A DNA stretch of 59,536 bases, counting the filler, from Asterionella formosa (taxonomy: Eukaryota): NCBI GenBank assembly GCA_002256025.1. It is 6 parts of 6 records of this genome, joined end to end, with 100 filler letters (N's around TTAATTAATTAA, not from the genome) between each part and the next. Parts side by side here need not be neighbours in the genome. Positions count along the whole stretch, not along the records: positions 19,918 to 29,752 come from NKIB01010164.1; positions 29,853 to 39,687 come from NKIB01010174.1; 4 more parts are not named here. One strand, written 5' to 3'. The notes below the pieces were generated by a model. The model saw nothing but the letters and a program-made list of their open reading frames with translations. It was not told the origin of the DNA and did not search any database. Of the stretch, positions 21,470 to 33,616 are shown in pieces; within the stretch, counting starts at the first letter, position 1, and the number at the start of each line of letters is the position of its first letter. The position numbers and the translations under genes are program-made.

Positions 21470-24370
21470 ATGGACAAATTCAGAAGTACTACATTGGAAG
21501 AAAACGACAATGGCAACAACAACGACATGAGTTGGATGGACCTTTTGAACCTCATGCATCATGGGTTGCAACAAAATAAAGATCCACAGGATACTTATAC
21601 TACAACAACAACAACAATTGTTCCTCAATTGTCATCCAATCGACCACTCTCCATGACAGATGATAAATGTACCATTTTTGTTCCAACAGCAACAGCAACA
21701 GAATCATCATTGGGGACTAGACGAGCTTTGATGATCGGGATTCGATACAACAACAACAACAACAACAAGGAAGAATTTACCAACACGATTAGTCATCCTT
21801 CGAATGTAATAATCATGACTTCACATTTAGAAGAGCAATGGCAATTTCGACCCGAAAATATCATTGTCTTGATGGATGATGATGAACATGTCAATCCAAC
21901 AAGAAAGAATATTATAAATGCCATTAAATTATTGGTCAAACTAAGCAAGGCGGGTGATGTTGTTATGTTTTATTATTCTGGTCATGCCATTCAAAAACAA
22001 CAACAATCTGGATTGGAAAATACCAACAACAATCATAATCATCATGACAACGACGACGAGGAAACTGCCATTGTTCCAATGGATTCTGCAGAAGCGGGGT
22101 ACATTTATAATGATGAATTGCGACGGGAATTGGTGAATAATATGGATCCAAATGTACACGTGACTGTAGTATTGGATTGCTGTCACTCGAAATCATTATT
22201 ACTTCTGCCTTTTTCGTATACTACTGTTGCGCATGACATGCTGAAGAATGGTAAAGAGGAAACAACAACCACCACCACCACCACAGCTCGTATCAATACC
22301 TCGAAAGCGTTTGCAGCCACCATCAGCAAAGTCGCAGATTTTGCAGACCAAGGACAAACAAAAAATGGTTTGGAATTGAAAAAAATCATGGACAAGAAAA
22401 GCATGATTTCCATTATTAATGCTCATGTCAACGTAATTATTATTGATTGCCATGATGACCACCGAAGTATTGATAAAAAGGATGGAGATGTTACAAATGG
22501 ATTAATATTGACAGTCAAGGACGCTCTTAATCAAGGTGAAATTTTGACAAACGTCAAGTTGCTATTGAACATGAAGAAGAACCTTGTAAAGCTAGGTTCT
22601 CAGCATCTTTGGCCAAAATTGATTTCATCACGTCCCATTGATATGTACGAAGATTATAAGATCGTTTCGAATTCTGGAATCAATCGTGCATTACTGATTG
22701 GAATCAATTACAGCCATTCCATGACAATGGCAACTCTCAAGAATTATCATGGCAATTGCTTGATGGTCCGGGATTTTCTTCAGGAGGATTTGGGATTTTG
22801 GGAACATCATTGTTACATTTTGATGGACGATGGGATTCATGAAGAACCAACCAAAGAAAATATCTTTGCTGCAATGGGAGTGATTACGAAAGAGTGCCAA
22901 CCGGGGGACTCTGTCTTTTTCTACTTTGGAGGACATGGGGGAACAATAACAGGTACAAATCATGGCGATCAACATGACTTTACTGGTAACCTGATTTTTC
23001 CTTGTGACACAGATACGGCAGGCATTATCAAGGACGGCGAGCTTTATACATATTTGGTCGGTGACATGAAAGCTGGAGTCAAGTTGACGGCTTTAATGGA
23101 TTGCACTTATTCCGGAACACTCTGGAACTTACCTTTTCAATTGAATGCTAATGATGACGAAGTAAAGAAATACATTCCAGCATTGATCCTATTGATTTCA
23201 GGACGTATGAACGAAGACAACAATAGTGGAAACAACTTTGGTGGTCTTTGCACCAAAGCATTTCTTGCGGCGCTGACGTTGTCAGGTTCCGAAAGGACAT
23301 GGGATCAATTGTTAATGCATATGAGAACCAGTATGTTACACTTACTCGCCCAACCTGTAAACCAACAACACCCCAGACAGCTTCCGCAACTGACCTCGAG
23401 CCGTATCATTCATCCTGACCAACGAGCCGAGATTTTCCCTCCTAATTGCAGTGGGAAAAAGCGTGCTTTGTTCATAGGTATAAACTACACAAGCAAGGGC
23501 GAGTCGATTGAGGAACTAGATTCATGCCACATGGATGTCAAGAAGCTCAAGCAATACTTACAAGATGTGCACGGCCTTCAAGATGATCATTGCCTGGTTT
23601 TGCTCGATGATGACAAGGAAATGATTCCAACTTGTAAAAATATTATCAGGGCAATACGCAATATTGTAAATCTATCCAAGAGGGGAGACTATCTTTTTAT
23701 TCATTACTGTGGACATGGCGGAGTTTACACGACTGATGGCAAATTCAAAGAATGCCTTGTACCCATCGACTTTGATACCGCCGGATTGATCGAAGCTGAC
23801 ACATTATATACGGAGATTGTCAGCTCGTTATTGGATGGTGTCACTCTTACTTGCTTATTCGATTGCTGTTATTCCGACACAATACTGGACTTGCCTTGTC
23901 GTTTTGGTGTTGAAATACGGAAAGATGAGCAGCCTATCGTTCAACGCAGAGCTTCATTGCAGACTTTAACGAATTTCGTTGTTACTTCTTTGCTGGGAAA
24001 GAAAGGCCCGCGTAAAGGCTCTAATGGAAGTCTAGCAGCGTGGTGTGAAGCATTTAATCTGCAAGAGGAGGAAGTTTCTACCGCACAACGACTCGGCTCC
24101 AAGTTACGTAACAAGAGCACAGCACAGCGAAGTAGCTCTTCACGACTTAACCTACAAGACGAGGAAGTTGACACAGCGCGACGAAATAGTTCAACAATGA
24201 AGAATAATCAAAACAAAGAAATTCCTGTACTACAACCAAGCAGCTCATTAGGACTTAACCTGCAAAATGAGCAAGCTCCAACAGTGCAACGGCGAAGTTT
24301 GTCAATAGGAAACGAGGAAGTGTCCTTGGTGCAAAGGAGCAGCTCTACAAGACTTGACCCGCAAGACTAG
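21470..24370 (+). CDS. Multi-domain metacaspase (peptidase C14) with three p10-p20 units; the true start is probably upstream
   Basis: Three RAL.IGI.Y starts and three His/Cys dyads: YSGHA/DCCHS, FGGHG/DCTYSG and YCGHG/DCCYS. p10-type GGLCT.AFL and PQL.SS.P motifs precede the p20 domains. The frame is open from 21323. Confidence 0.9.
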   Translation: MDKFRSTTLEENDNGNNNDMSWMDLLNLMHHGLQQNKDPQDTYTTTTTTIVPQLSSNRPLSMTDDKCTIFVPTATATESSLGTRRALMIGIRYNNNNNNKEEFTNTISHPSNVIIMTSHLEEQWQFRPENIIVLMDDDEHVNPTRKNIINAIKLLVKLSKAGDVVMFYYSGHAIQKQQQSGLENTNNNHNHHDNDDEETAIVPMDSAEAGYIYNDELRRELVNNMDPNVHVTVVLDCCHSKSLLLLPFSYTTVAHDMLKNGKEETTTTTTTTARINTSKAFAATISKVADFADQGQTKNGLELKKIMDKKSMISIINAHVNVIIIDCHDDHRSIDKKDGDVTNGLILTVKDALNQGEILTNVKLLLNMKKNLVKLGSQHLWPKLISSRPIDMYEDYKIVSNSGINRALLIGINYSHSMTMATLKNYHGNCLMVRDFLQEDLGFWEHHCYILMDDGIHEEPTKENIFAAMGVITKECQPGDSVFFYFGGHGGTITGTNHGDQHDFTGNLIFPCDTDTAGIIKDGELYTYLVGDMKAGVKLTALMDCTYSGTLWNLPFQLNANDDEVKKYIPALILLISGRMNEDNNSGNNFGGLCTKAFLAALTLSGSERTWDQLLMHMRTSMLHLLAQPVNQQHPRQLPQLTSSRIIHPDQRAEIFPPNCSGKKRALFIGINYTSKGESIEELDSCHMDVKKLKQYLQDVHGLQDDHCLVLLDDDKEMIPTCKNIIRAIRNIVNLSKRGDYLFIHYCGHGGVYTTDGKFKECLVPIDFDTAGLIEADTLYTEIVSSLLDGVTLTCLFDCCYSDTILDLPCRFGVEIRKDEQPIVQRRASLQTLTNFVVTSLLGKKGPRKGSNGSLAAWCEAFNLQEEEVSTAQRLGSKLRNKSTAQRSSSSRLNLQDEEVDTARRNSSTMKNNQNKEIPVLQPSSSLGLNLQNEQAPTVQRRSLSIGNEEVSLVQRSSSTRLDPQD

Positions 24371-24660
24371 GGAATTCAAACAGAGTATATCGATTCATTT
24401 CTTCCGTAATCACGAAGGTTTGACGATCTTTTGAAGAAAGACACATCATTACATTAGTTTCTTCCTTGAAACTGTTGTTGGGAATGGCTTAAGTTTCATA
24501 AACAATGAATTGTTTTCTCGTAGCCTATGCAATTGATTTCAAGCGAAATTTCAATCTTTTACCAATAAGGTGAGGATTTCATTTGTCAGGAAACATCTAT
24601 TACTCAATTTCATATTTTTAAAAACGGAAGGTACCGCAAATTGTCAATCCCCACTGAATT

Positions 24661-26952
24661 CTATTCATAGAGTAATGGATATTGCTCAGGTCCAAAGGGA
24701 ACTATGTTCAAGCTATTCAAGCTTCCGTTGCGGGGGGCGAGGGTATCAGCATTTCGCCTGTATATTTCTCCGTAGTTACCGACCGCGTTTATTATGTTGC
24801 TCAACATATTGCGATAAAGTGGCCCAAATAGAGTGGTTTGAGGCATAGTATTTGCAAGTTCTCGACCAATTCCTTCCTCTTCAGCGTAAAATGTCGAATA
24901 TACAATCCACCTGATAAAATTCGTAAACTCAGCATCGTCTTCTCTGTTTACAATGGCAAGAGCATTTTTTGAAAATCTGTTTTTCCCTATTTCATATTCG
25001 CCAGTGTATCCAGCAATGCGAACACTTGTTTCTGAAATATCCTGAGCGCTTCCGCCAATGGCATTGCATTTCTTGGAATTGAACGCGTCCACGGTATCAC
25101 GTCCAGGAAGTGTGGGTACAATTGCACTTTCGGGGAAAAGTTCTCGTGTCCGCGCAATTGTTGTGGTCCCATCATTCACACAAATCAATAGTTGAGTGCA
25201 ATTGGCAGACGAAACATCGATCCGATCTGCACAATCACCAAATGGAGGGATTCCACCAAAGCTGAGGCCATCATAAAATATAACAGGAGAAAAGCTGAAC
25301 CCAACCCCACCCGATGTGGGCTCTTTCCGATCCCGTTCTGGAGTTTTGCTAGTTACACCAGAAAGTACATCGACATCTCCATTGGCCAGTACCTTGAATC
25401 GTTCTGTTGCCGGCAATTCATGGTAGACAACATGACTGTCCACACCATCAAATATGGCAGCACTCAATGCCCGACAAAAATCAACATCAAATCCACTCCA
25501 TTCCCTTGTGGTTCGGTTAAAGTCAGCAAAACTGGCGCTCGCGGCAATACCGCAACGTACATGTCCTCGTCGTTTAATTTCCTGAATGGTACCAGCATGG
25601 GCTGGTGAGGGACCCACAATACCAAGAGTTCCATAGGGAAACGCATATAACAATCCAGAACTTCCATTATTGATGGTGTTCAAACTGCCTCTAGGGACAA
25701 TGCTTTCCAAGTGTCTCGAGTACATTTCACCATAGTTCCCTACTTCTGCAATCGCATTTTGAAACATTTCTGAATATTTGTATCCAAAGGCAGTCTGTGT
25801 AATGAATGTTTTGGCATCTTGCTGAGTAATCCCCTGCTCATCTGCAGCAATCAATGATTCCACGACCCAAAAGACAAAATCTGACCAAAATGGATCACCT
25901 TCTCTTGTAACAACAGATAGGGGTTCCTTGGAGTACTGATTAACACCTGTTTCATATGGTCCCGTGTATCCCTGCAATCGTACGACGGCTTCTGCAAATC
26001 CAGTCTGTTCTTCAGCAATGGCATTGCAATTCCCGTCAATCATGTTGATGTATAAATCGTTTGTAGATGATACTGGTAACACATTTTGTGATGGGAAGAG
26101 AGCCCGAACTACTTCAATGTGTGTAGTCCCCTGATTGACACAAATCAATAGGTTCAAACATTCACTTGATGTGGTATCAATCGCATCTGCACATGCGCCA
26201 AAGGGAGGAATACCACCAAAGCCTAAGCCATTGTACAAATATGGTGTAGTAAATTCGAATCCAGATTGCGAATTTGACTACGTGGTAGTGTTGTAGAAGT
26301 AGTAGTAGTAGTAGTAGAAGAGAAAAAAGAAGAACGCAGCAAAAAGAGAAAAATGTGTTTGAATGTGAGTACGACGACATCACCAATGCAAAACAACAAC
26401 AAATCGCCACTCCTCACAGTCACTTACTTCATATATATCTCGTTCCATCGTAAATGTTGTAACACGAGCAAGGACGTCCACTGTCTTGTCTAACAAATAA
26501 TTCCATCGTTCCGAAGCACTGCTAATGGGAATAAACTCGACCTTGCCATCCGAGGACGATGATCCAAAGATTGCAGCTGCAATCGCACGACATAGGTCAG
26601 CATCAAATCCGATTTGATTCCCCGTACCATCATCAACTGCAAATCCAGCTTGATTGCTTGGGACTCCACATTTGAGTAGACCTCGATTGATAATATCATT
26701 GAGAGTTGCTGAAGTGTTGAAAGCAAACGATGCTTCTGCTTCTGTGCTGGGAGAATTTGTTGCAGATGGTTGGTTCCAATTGTTATTATTATTATTGTTG
26801 TTGTTGTTGTTGTTGTTGTTCATCATCCCATTGTCGTAGTTGGCATTGGCATCTTTGAAGCCCAACACAGCAATGATCAAACTGATCAGTGCCAAGAGAA
26901 AGGTGAGAAGTAGCGCGACTTTCAATTCGCATTTGGGTTCGCCGCCGGCCAT
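24661..26952 (-). CDS. Membrane-anchored tandem AapJ/BztA-like amino-acid solute-binding protein; exons 26952-26428 and 26277-24661, 713 aa
   Basis: N-terminal TM helix and Asn-rich linker, then two copies of TL..I..RG...CG / GFD.D.CRA..AAIF / VDVL...T..T.ERD / SK..L....R..D / VGNYGE.Y.R. A phase-0 GTAAGT...TAG intron joins the two ORFs in frame. Confidence 0.88.
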
Positions 26953-27969
26953 TGTCAACAAAAGCAAAATGAATCGTCAAGCAACAAAAGGACAAGTCAA
27001 GGCTTGAAATTGATTACATAAAGTTAGAGTATACTTCTATCGTTGTATATATAGTCTATGGTATTTCTATTGTTAGTTATATGGGGGGCGGTGCTTGGTG
27101 TTGTTGTTGCTGTTGTGCTGCTACCGCCTGCGGACAGATGATTGATGAGAAAGGATAATAAATGCCTGTACTATGTGTCTATTTCCGCGTTTCATAAACC
27201 ATAGAAGTAGATGCACGACGTTCACAGCAAAACGGTATATAGAAAGAATTTTGTTGGCATCAGCTTTTAAATCTCATCAGCAAAATCACAAAGAACATAA
27301 ATATATCATAATGATTCTTTTCTATTGGTACATACCCGGTATGTAAGAAGTATATAAATGTATATCGTATATATGACTGCATGACGGCATAAATGATTCA
27401 TTTATTTAAGCACATGTAAATATTTTAATCATGGAATATGGCTGGTGCGTAGATACAAAATTGACCGGGTTGTACTATGCTATATATATACAAAACATTT
27501 ATCGTTGACAGTCCTGATTTGTTGTATCAACCTATGTAAATGTGTAAAATCCGATATATACCGGTTTCATACACACTCATCATAGACATGGAATATGTGT
27601 CCTTCGAAGGGTTCGGATTTGTGGTTTTCTATTTATTATTCGTGTATAAATAGATATTCTGAAATATTCTCAGCTATATTTCTAACATGACACAAATAGC
27701 AGTGGTCCAAACATTTAACGAATACCTGGTCCCGATATAATCCTACCAGGTAATGCAGTACCGGTACGGTACTACCGGTAAGTGGTTTGGACCAGTACCC
27801 CGGAGCAGTGCCAATTGCCTATCAGCCATGAACATGCCAAGATGAACTCAATTTAATTTCTTTCACTTTATCATACCTCTCTATCTTCACATTGTAGTTT
27901 ATACTGTATGTCATTTTTCAGTCTATCGATCTATTTTGCAATGTCAAATTTCCCTCATCATCCTTGCCA

Positions 27970-29487
27970 CTACCTTGTCACCCCCATTCTCTTTCCATCT
28001 GCTTCCTCTTCATGGTGTTGTTCCTCTGTAGTAGCACTAGTCCTTTCCTGATTTGCTACTTCCACTGGTGGTGGTGGTGGTGGTTGTAGTAGTTGCACCA
28101 AGTTTGGTTCCAATGAGGATGTTGTTGGTTGCTGCCATGTCAAGGAAGATGACAATGATGATGTAGCAGACTGTTGCATGTGTTGTTGTTGTTGTTGTTT
28201 GGTATTTATAATTGGACTGTTGCTGTTACTGTTTCGCCCCAATAGATACAATCCACTTAAACTTAACATGGCTGAACATGTAAATCCTGGTGCATCACTG
28301 GTGGGACGTCCAAAGCTAAGACCCAAACTTGCTGTTTTAGTTCTAAGCCAATCCAATAATGGGAATGATACCAATGGTTGTTTGGATTGTCGTCGTAATT
28401 GTTGAACCAAATTTTGTTGTGCTTGTACGAGATATACCAATGTAGGTAAACATGCATAATATTGGGAGAACCGAAATTCTGTCCGAGCCATGGTTGGATA
28501 ATATCGCCAAGAAATGGAACAACCGACTTTTTCTTGTACAACTTGAGATGATTCTTGAGGTTTTGGAATAAACAGTGGTGGAATGGGGAGGGTGGGTAGT
28601 AGTATAGATAAAGACTTTGTGATTGGAAAGAACAAGAGTGCCAATGGGAGTGCTGCTACTTTGGCCAGAATATCCAGTGCCATCATAATGGCCACATGTA
28701 CTATTCGGATAATGCTCTTCATGGCCCATTTCAAATAGTCCAAATTGATACTGCAGCTAATGTATGCCATCAAACACCATGGATAGTAGAGTGCAAAGGT
28801 CGAGGTGAAGGATGGCAATCCCGGATGTCGTTCCCACCAATTCCAATTGGATGAAATGGGCAGTCGCAGGGCCAGTCCCACTTGTTCCTTCAAAAAGCAT
28901 GATTTGTAGAAATTAATTCCAAATCCTTTAAAGTTGAAATTTTGTTTCTGCAAGCGACGACGATTACTTTGATTATTATTTTTCTTCTTCTTTGTTGTCG
29001 TCGTCGTCGTCACAACGACATTGTTGTTGTTGTTGGTTGTACCAAAGGCTCGCAACCAAACTCTCCGCCGAACTGGCAACTGTGTTCCTTGTCTCCATTT
29101 GTATTCCCACCCAAGCGCATCCCGATGTTGTGAAGTAACGATTTTCCAATCATCCATCCAATCCACAGTATTATTATTTTCATTGCTTATTAGTACTATA
29201 TCCAGTGGAGCCGGAGAGACTCTGCCCTCTGTATCCCTCCATCGAGACGGGAAACTATCTCGCCACGTCCCCGACTCGTCGTACTCTTCTTCTTCAATGA
29301 CGGTCACAACATTCTCAGCAGAAGGAGTAGTCGTAGATGTTGTTGTAGTAGTTGTTTGCAGTGGATAGGACTGATGATTGCGAGGTTGGGCTGCAAAGGG
29401 AGCCTTGCGACTGTGACAAGCTGCACTTGTCCAAAGCAGAGACGAGATCAGCAGGAAAGGAAGTAAATGTATTGTTGGTTCCCTCAT
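27970..29487 (-). CDS. Signal-peptide membrane protein with a dysferlin (DysF)-like motif
   Basis: 505-aa ORF. WMDDWKI...DALGWEY...VRRRVWLR resembles DysF; central hydrophobic helices follow. Confidence 0.65.
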   Translation of the reverse strand: MREPTIHLLPFLLISSLLWTSAACHSRKAPFAAQPRNHQSYPLQTTTTTTSTTTPSAENVVTVIEEEEYDESGTWRDSFPSRWRDTEGRVSPAPLDIVLISNENNNTVDWMDDWKIVTSQHRDALGWEYKWRQGTQLPVRRRVWLRAFGTTNNNNNVVVTTTTTTKKKKNNNQSNRRRLQKQNFNFKGFGINFYKSCFLKEQVGLALRLPISSNWNWWERHPGLPSFTSTFALYYPWCLMAYISCSINLDYLKWAMKSIIRIVHVAIMMALDILAKVAALPLALLFFPITKSLSILLPTLPIPPLFIPKPQESSQVVQEKVGCSISWRYYPTMARTEFRFSQYYACLPTLVYLVQAQQNLVQQLRRQSKQPLVSFPLLDWLRTKTASLGLSFGRPTSDAPGFTCSAMLSLSGLYLLGRNSNSNSPIINTKQQQQQHMQQSATSSLSSSLTWQQPTTSSLEPNLVQLLQPPPPPPVEVANQERTSATTEEQHHEEEADGKRMGVTR

Positions 29488-29752
29488 CAGATATTCGTTC
29501 GTTCCTTTTTAGGTTTATTTGTTTGAGACTTTTAATTACAGTGCTCTCTGTTATTTTACTTGTTTGTAATAAGTAGCTGTGATTATAGGAAACAATGGCT
29601 TTTGTTTGTTCCTCTCTTCTTTTTGGCCAAAACCATAAGCAAGGATCACAATCCAACCGTTGATACTACCACCATCAGGTACTACGTACCGTGCTACATT
29701 CGTTGGTAGTCTCTACCGTGATGATTCGGCTGTGAGGAATCACATCCTTTTT

Positions 29753-29852
29753 NNNNNNNNNNNNNNNNNNNNNNNNNNNNNNNNNNNNNNNNNNNNTTAA
29801 TTAATTAANNNNNNNNNNNNNNNNNNNNNNNNNNNNNNNNNNNNNNNNNNNN
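29753..29852. other. Artificial contig linker
   Basis: N44-TTAATTAATTAA-N44. Confidence 0.98.
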
Positions 29853-30523
29853 TTTACTAGGCCAAATAAACGAGTTAGCCCGGTAAAATCCACTATTTTC
29901 AGCATAGTTAAAAAACCGAAGTTCCTTTCTGCAGTTTCTCGCCAGATCCTATATCCTGACGATATATAGCGTTGACCTATACCCCTACTTTGATAAATGA
30001 CTGTATTTAAGCATGTGGAAAGGGTGTGTATTGGTGAAAGCTCCGTTTAGCGATATACATTTACGTTTTACTTGTAAGAAGTCTATGTTTGACTACTCTG
30101 ACTTAATATTATTTTTTTAACCCTACCTCGAGCTAGGGGTTCAAATGCAGGAACCTTAAAGTAATAATACTAATAATGACAACGAGTCTCATTTTTCTTT
30201 CAAGGTGAAGAACTCTCTCATTTTTCAATGGACAGAAATAGTTGTCGTATTTAATGTATTTTAGAAAAATGCGCTCGATCCTGTAGAACCGATAAAATGT
30301 AGGTAGGTCCATTATAAGGGAAATCTCTTCATTTTAAAATCAGTCAAATTCAGTCATGGCATTGTACATTGGGGGGGGGGGCATGACACTGAATTATGCG
30401 GTATGCGATTGCGCACATTACATAAGGCAATTGAGCCGGAGAAAATCGTAGGAATCAAAATTGCCCCGGAAAATTTTTAACAATCGCCGCAATTATTTTC
30501 ATCCAAAGGGAGTACCGGTAGTA

Positions 30524-30622
30524 CCTTGCAAGCTGCGGTAATTTTGCTGACTATAAAGATTTAGCTTTCTTTATCCAAGAATAAAATGTTAGTTTAAGCA
30601 AAATGACCGCAACTTGCTCTGG
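30524..30622. mobile_element. About 99-bp MITE (family A, short form), TA-flanked
   Basis: TA|CCTTGCAAGCTGCGGTAATTTTGCT...AGCAAAATGACCGCAACTTGCTCTGG|TA. Confidence 0.75.
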
Positions 30623-30710
30623 TATAGTGCCTTCCTGGGGTGGGAGTGTGATGTGACGACAACATTGCTGAGATGGAAACAACTAACGGTGGAAAACCAA
30701 TATCACAGTA

Positions 30711-30807
30711 CTGTGCAAGTTGCGGTAATTTTGTTGAAACTAAAGATTTAGCTATCTTTATCCCAGATTAAAATGTTACTTAAAGCAAAATGACCGAAAC
30801 TTGCTGG
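30711..30807. mobile_element. About 97-bp MITE (family A, short form), TA-flanked
   Basis: TA|CTGTGCAAGTTGCGGTAATTTTG...GCAAAATGACCGAAACTTGCTGG|TA. The interior is homologous to the 30524 copy. Confidence 0.75.
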
Positions 30808-31219
30808 TACTACATAGCGGTACCAGTAGCATATCAGGGGATCGGAGTAACAGGCAGTCAGTCAGTCTAGAAATCATATCAAGAATTGCCAACCACTCGG
30901 AGCACCGGTAATACATGATTGAATAGATAGCAATTGGAGTACCAGGTACCGGGTATGCTGACATACCAGAATATTCCGGTGTATAAAATGTAGGAACATT
31001 ATGTATTGACAAAATTGTTGTCGCACGGGACGACGTGCTAAGATTCACCTGCCGTCACTTGGTACCGAGGAAGGGCGAGGACGGCGAGCAGCGTGTTTGG
31101 ATTGCGCTCACCATCATGGTTCCTAATACCAAATACTAGCTATGATACTCAATTCCCTCCATAAATCGTACTATACAAACGAGGAAATCCAACTGCATAT
31201 AACCACATCATCCCAAATC

Positions 31220-32897
31220 ATGCTGCATCTTACTAAATCAGTCAGCGGAAATGGTGAAATCTTCGATTCGAGCGACGAACAGGAACCTCTAGACGGTGAA
31301 GTAAATAGAGAGCAACTTCTGATCATGGTAGGTGCCTTTCTTGTTTCCGCAATGGTGAAGAACTTTCGTACTATCTGTTTCTTGTTTGCACAAGGGTGAA
31401 GAAAAATTTTGCATCTGAAAGGCATGCTCTCACGTCCCTGTCATACCTCAACTACTTTCTTGCGTAAAACAGAACGAGGCACCACAGGAAGAACTCTGTA
31501 GTCTTCTCAATCTAGATCCTCGACAATCGGATGCAAAAGAAAAATTTACCCTAAACGAAAGAGCTGTGCTTGTCATGGCGCGTTTGAACAGTTCTTCTTT
31601 TCAGCGAAGGTATAAAATGAGGGGGTACTGGATTGACCCAGAAAAGACTGTCTTTCCATTGACAGCTATCTGTGCTCTTGACGCATCGCTTTTAACAATC
31701 AAAACCGCGTACGAAATTTTTCCAGAGGCAGCCTTTGATGCACTTCGCCAATGTTCGGCACACAAATTTCCCCTTCCTGTTGTAACTTTCCTCGTTGAAT
31801 CACAGCCCCAAGTACTTGATCAGGTTGATAATAGTGGAAGGACTGTGCTGCATTACAGTGCCATATGCAACTCGTTGTCCACAGATGTCATTGACTACCT
31901 TGTTTCACAAAACGAAAGGAGACTGCTAATGACGACTGCCAAAGGAAGTACACCGCTTCATCTTGCATGCGCTAGACAGCAGTCATTGGACAACCTTATG
32001 CTCTTTGTTGACAAGGAAAAGTCAGTGCTGAGAGTCAGAAATAATAAAGGGAGAACACCCTTCTTTCTTGCATGTTGCGAGAAAACGTCTCTAGAGGTGA
32101 TCAAATATCTTATTGAATCCTGCCTGTCGTCACTGGGTATGCCAGATCTGGATGGATACACCCCATTGCATGCTGCATGCTGCAGTGACCAATTGTCATT
32201 TGAGCTGATTGAATTTCTCGTGACTTGGGACAAAATGACCTTGACGGCCAAGGCTACCAAAGGAGGAAATGGTCGTACCGCATTACATATTGCGTCCGCC
32301 TTGACGGGTCGAGCGGAATTGGTGAAATTTTTGGCCACGAAGAATCCATCCATCCTGATTGAAATGGACAATGAGGGACTCACGCCTCTGCATGTGGCGT
32401 GTGCTTGTTCCGACCTGGAGACTGTCAAAGTGCTGCTCACGTTGAGTCCAGAAGTAGTACTTCACATGAAGTCTCATCAGAACTGTACTCCATTTGTGGA
32501 AGCATGTTTAACTGAGAACATGCCTGTCGTGGTACACATGGCGGACAGTTATCCTGACTTGTTGGCCGTCCAAAGCGACGTAGTAGCTGGTTGGTATCCC
32601 TTGCACCATGTATGTGCCGAAGGGAAGAAGGACGCACTGAAATTTCTTCTTGAGCGATATCCTGCTGCTGCCAAGGAAGTTGACACGAGAGGTAGATCCC
32701 CCCTTGCATTGGTTGCAGGTCATGAGGATTGTGACCTCAATACAATTCATCGGTTGGTAGTATCGTATTGTGATGCATTGAAGATTATTGACAATGACGG
32801 CAACCCACCCTTGAACCACGATCAAAAAGATACGTTGATTGAGTTTTTCTTCAACAGCCGCCAATCGTCAAAATTCGCGGCACAAACGGTGCTTTAA
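31220..32897 (+). CDS. Ankyrin-repeat protein; exons 31220-31327 and 31473-32897
   Basis: Multiple G.TPLH.AC ankyrin repeats. A phase-0 GTAGGT...CAG intron joins the upstream exon in frame. An alternative ATG lies at 31142. Confidence 0.88.
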
Positions 32898-33616
32898 AAG
32901 GGGGACGACATCGCTTTACTAGGATCTGTTTATGTTCATTCTCACTATAGCGAATTTTTACATCATAATAAGTCATCATTGAGATATGAAAGTAATGAAA
33001 CCATATATTTTATATTTCACCGATTGATTAGTAGACACCATCATTCCTCGTTGATCAGTTGTTTCCATCAATATTCCTTTTTCGCCGGGCAAAGGAGCCA
33101 CAATAACAGAAACTGGATTACTCGTTCTATAGTATAGTATATCACAAGCGTCCAACCGTTGTCGTTAAGACATGGTAAATATCAACTGTTATGTTATAAT
33201 TTAGTTCTTCGGTTACCTGTAGTCTATTGGAGCTCCATCATTCTACCAGATATGTACTTATGTGAAATCCTATCAATGGACACAGACCATGGTTGACGTG
33301 ACGCGTTCCTGTAAGTCACTACAGAGTATACTCCATGTTATAATACAACGGGCATCCTTTTTCGCACCTCTTGGAGGAGAGCATTTGGTAACTGTCATGG
33401 TACCCGCGGGGGTGGAATATAGGGTACAACGCCTTTGCTTAGCATAATAACAGAAAGGAGATGTTGTATTGAGAATGGATGAACAGCATGAAACAAAACA
33501 TGGCAGGGGATTGAACGAACTTCTCGAGGGAGAACGGATCATAAAAGTTGAACTATCTACCACACTTCTCGACAGATAATCAAAATTACCAAACCAAACC
33601 AAACCAATTTTCTACC

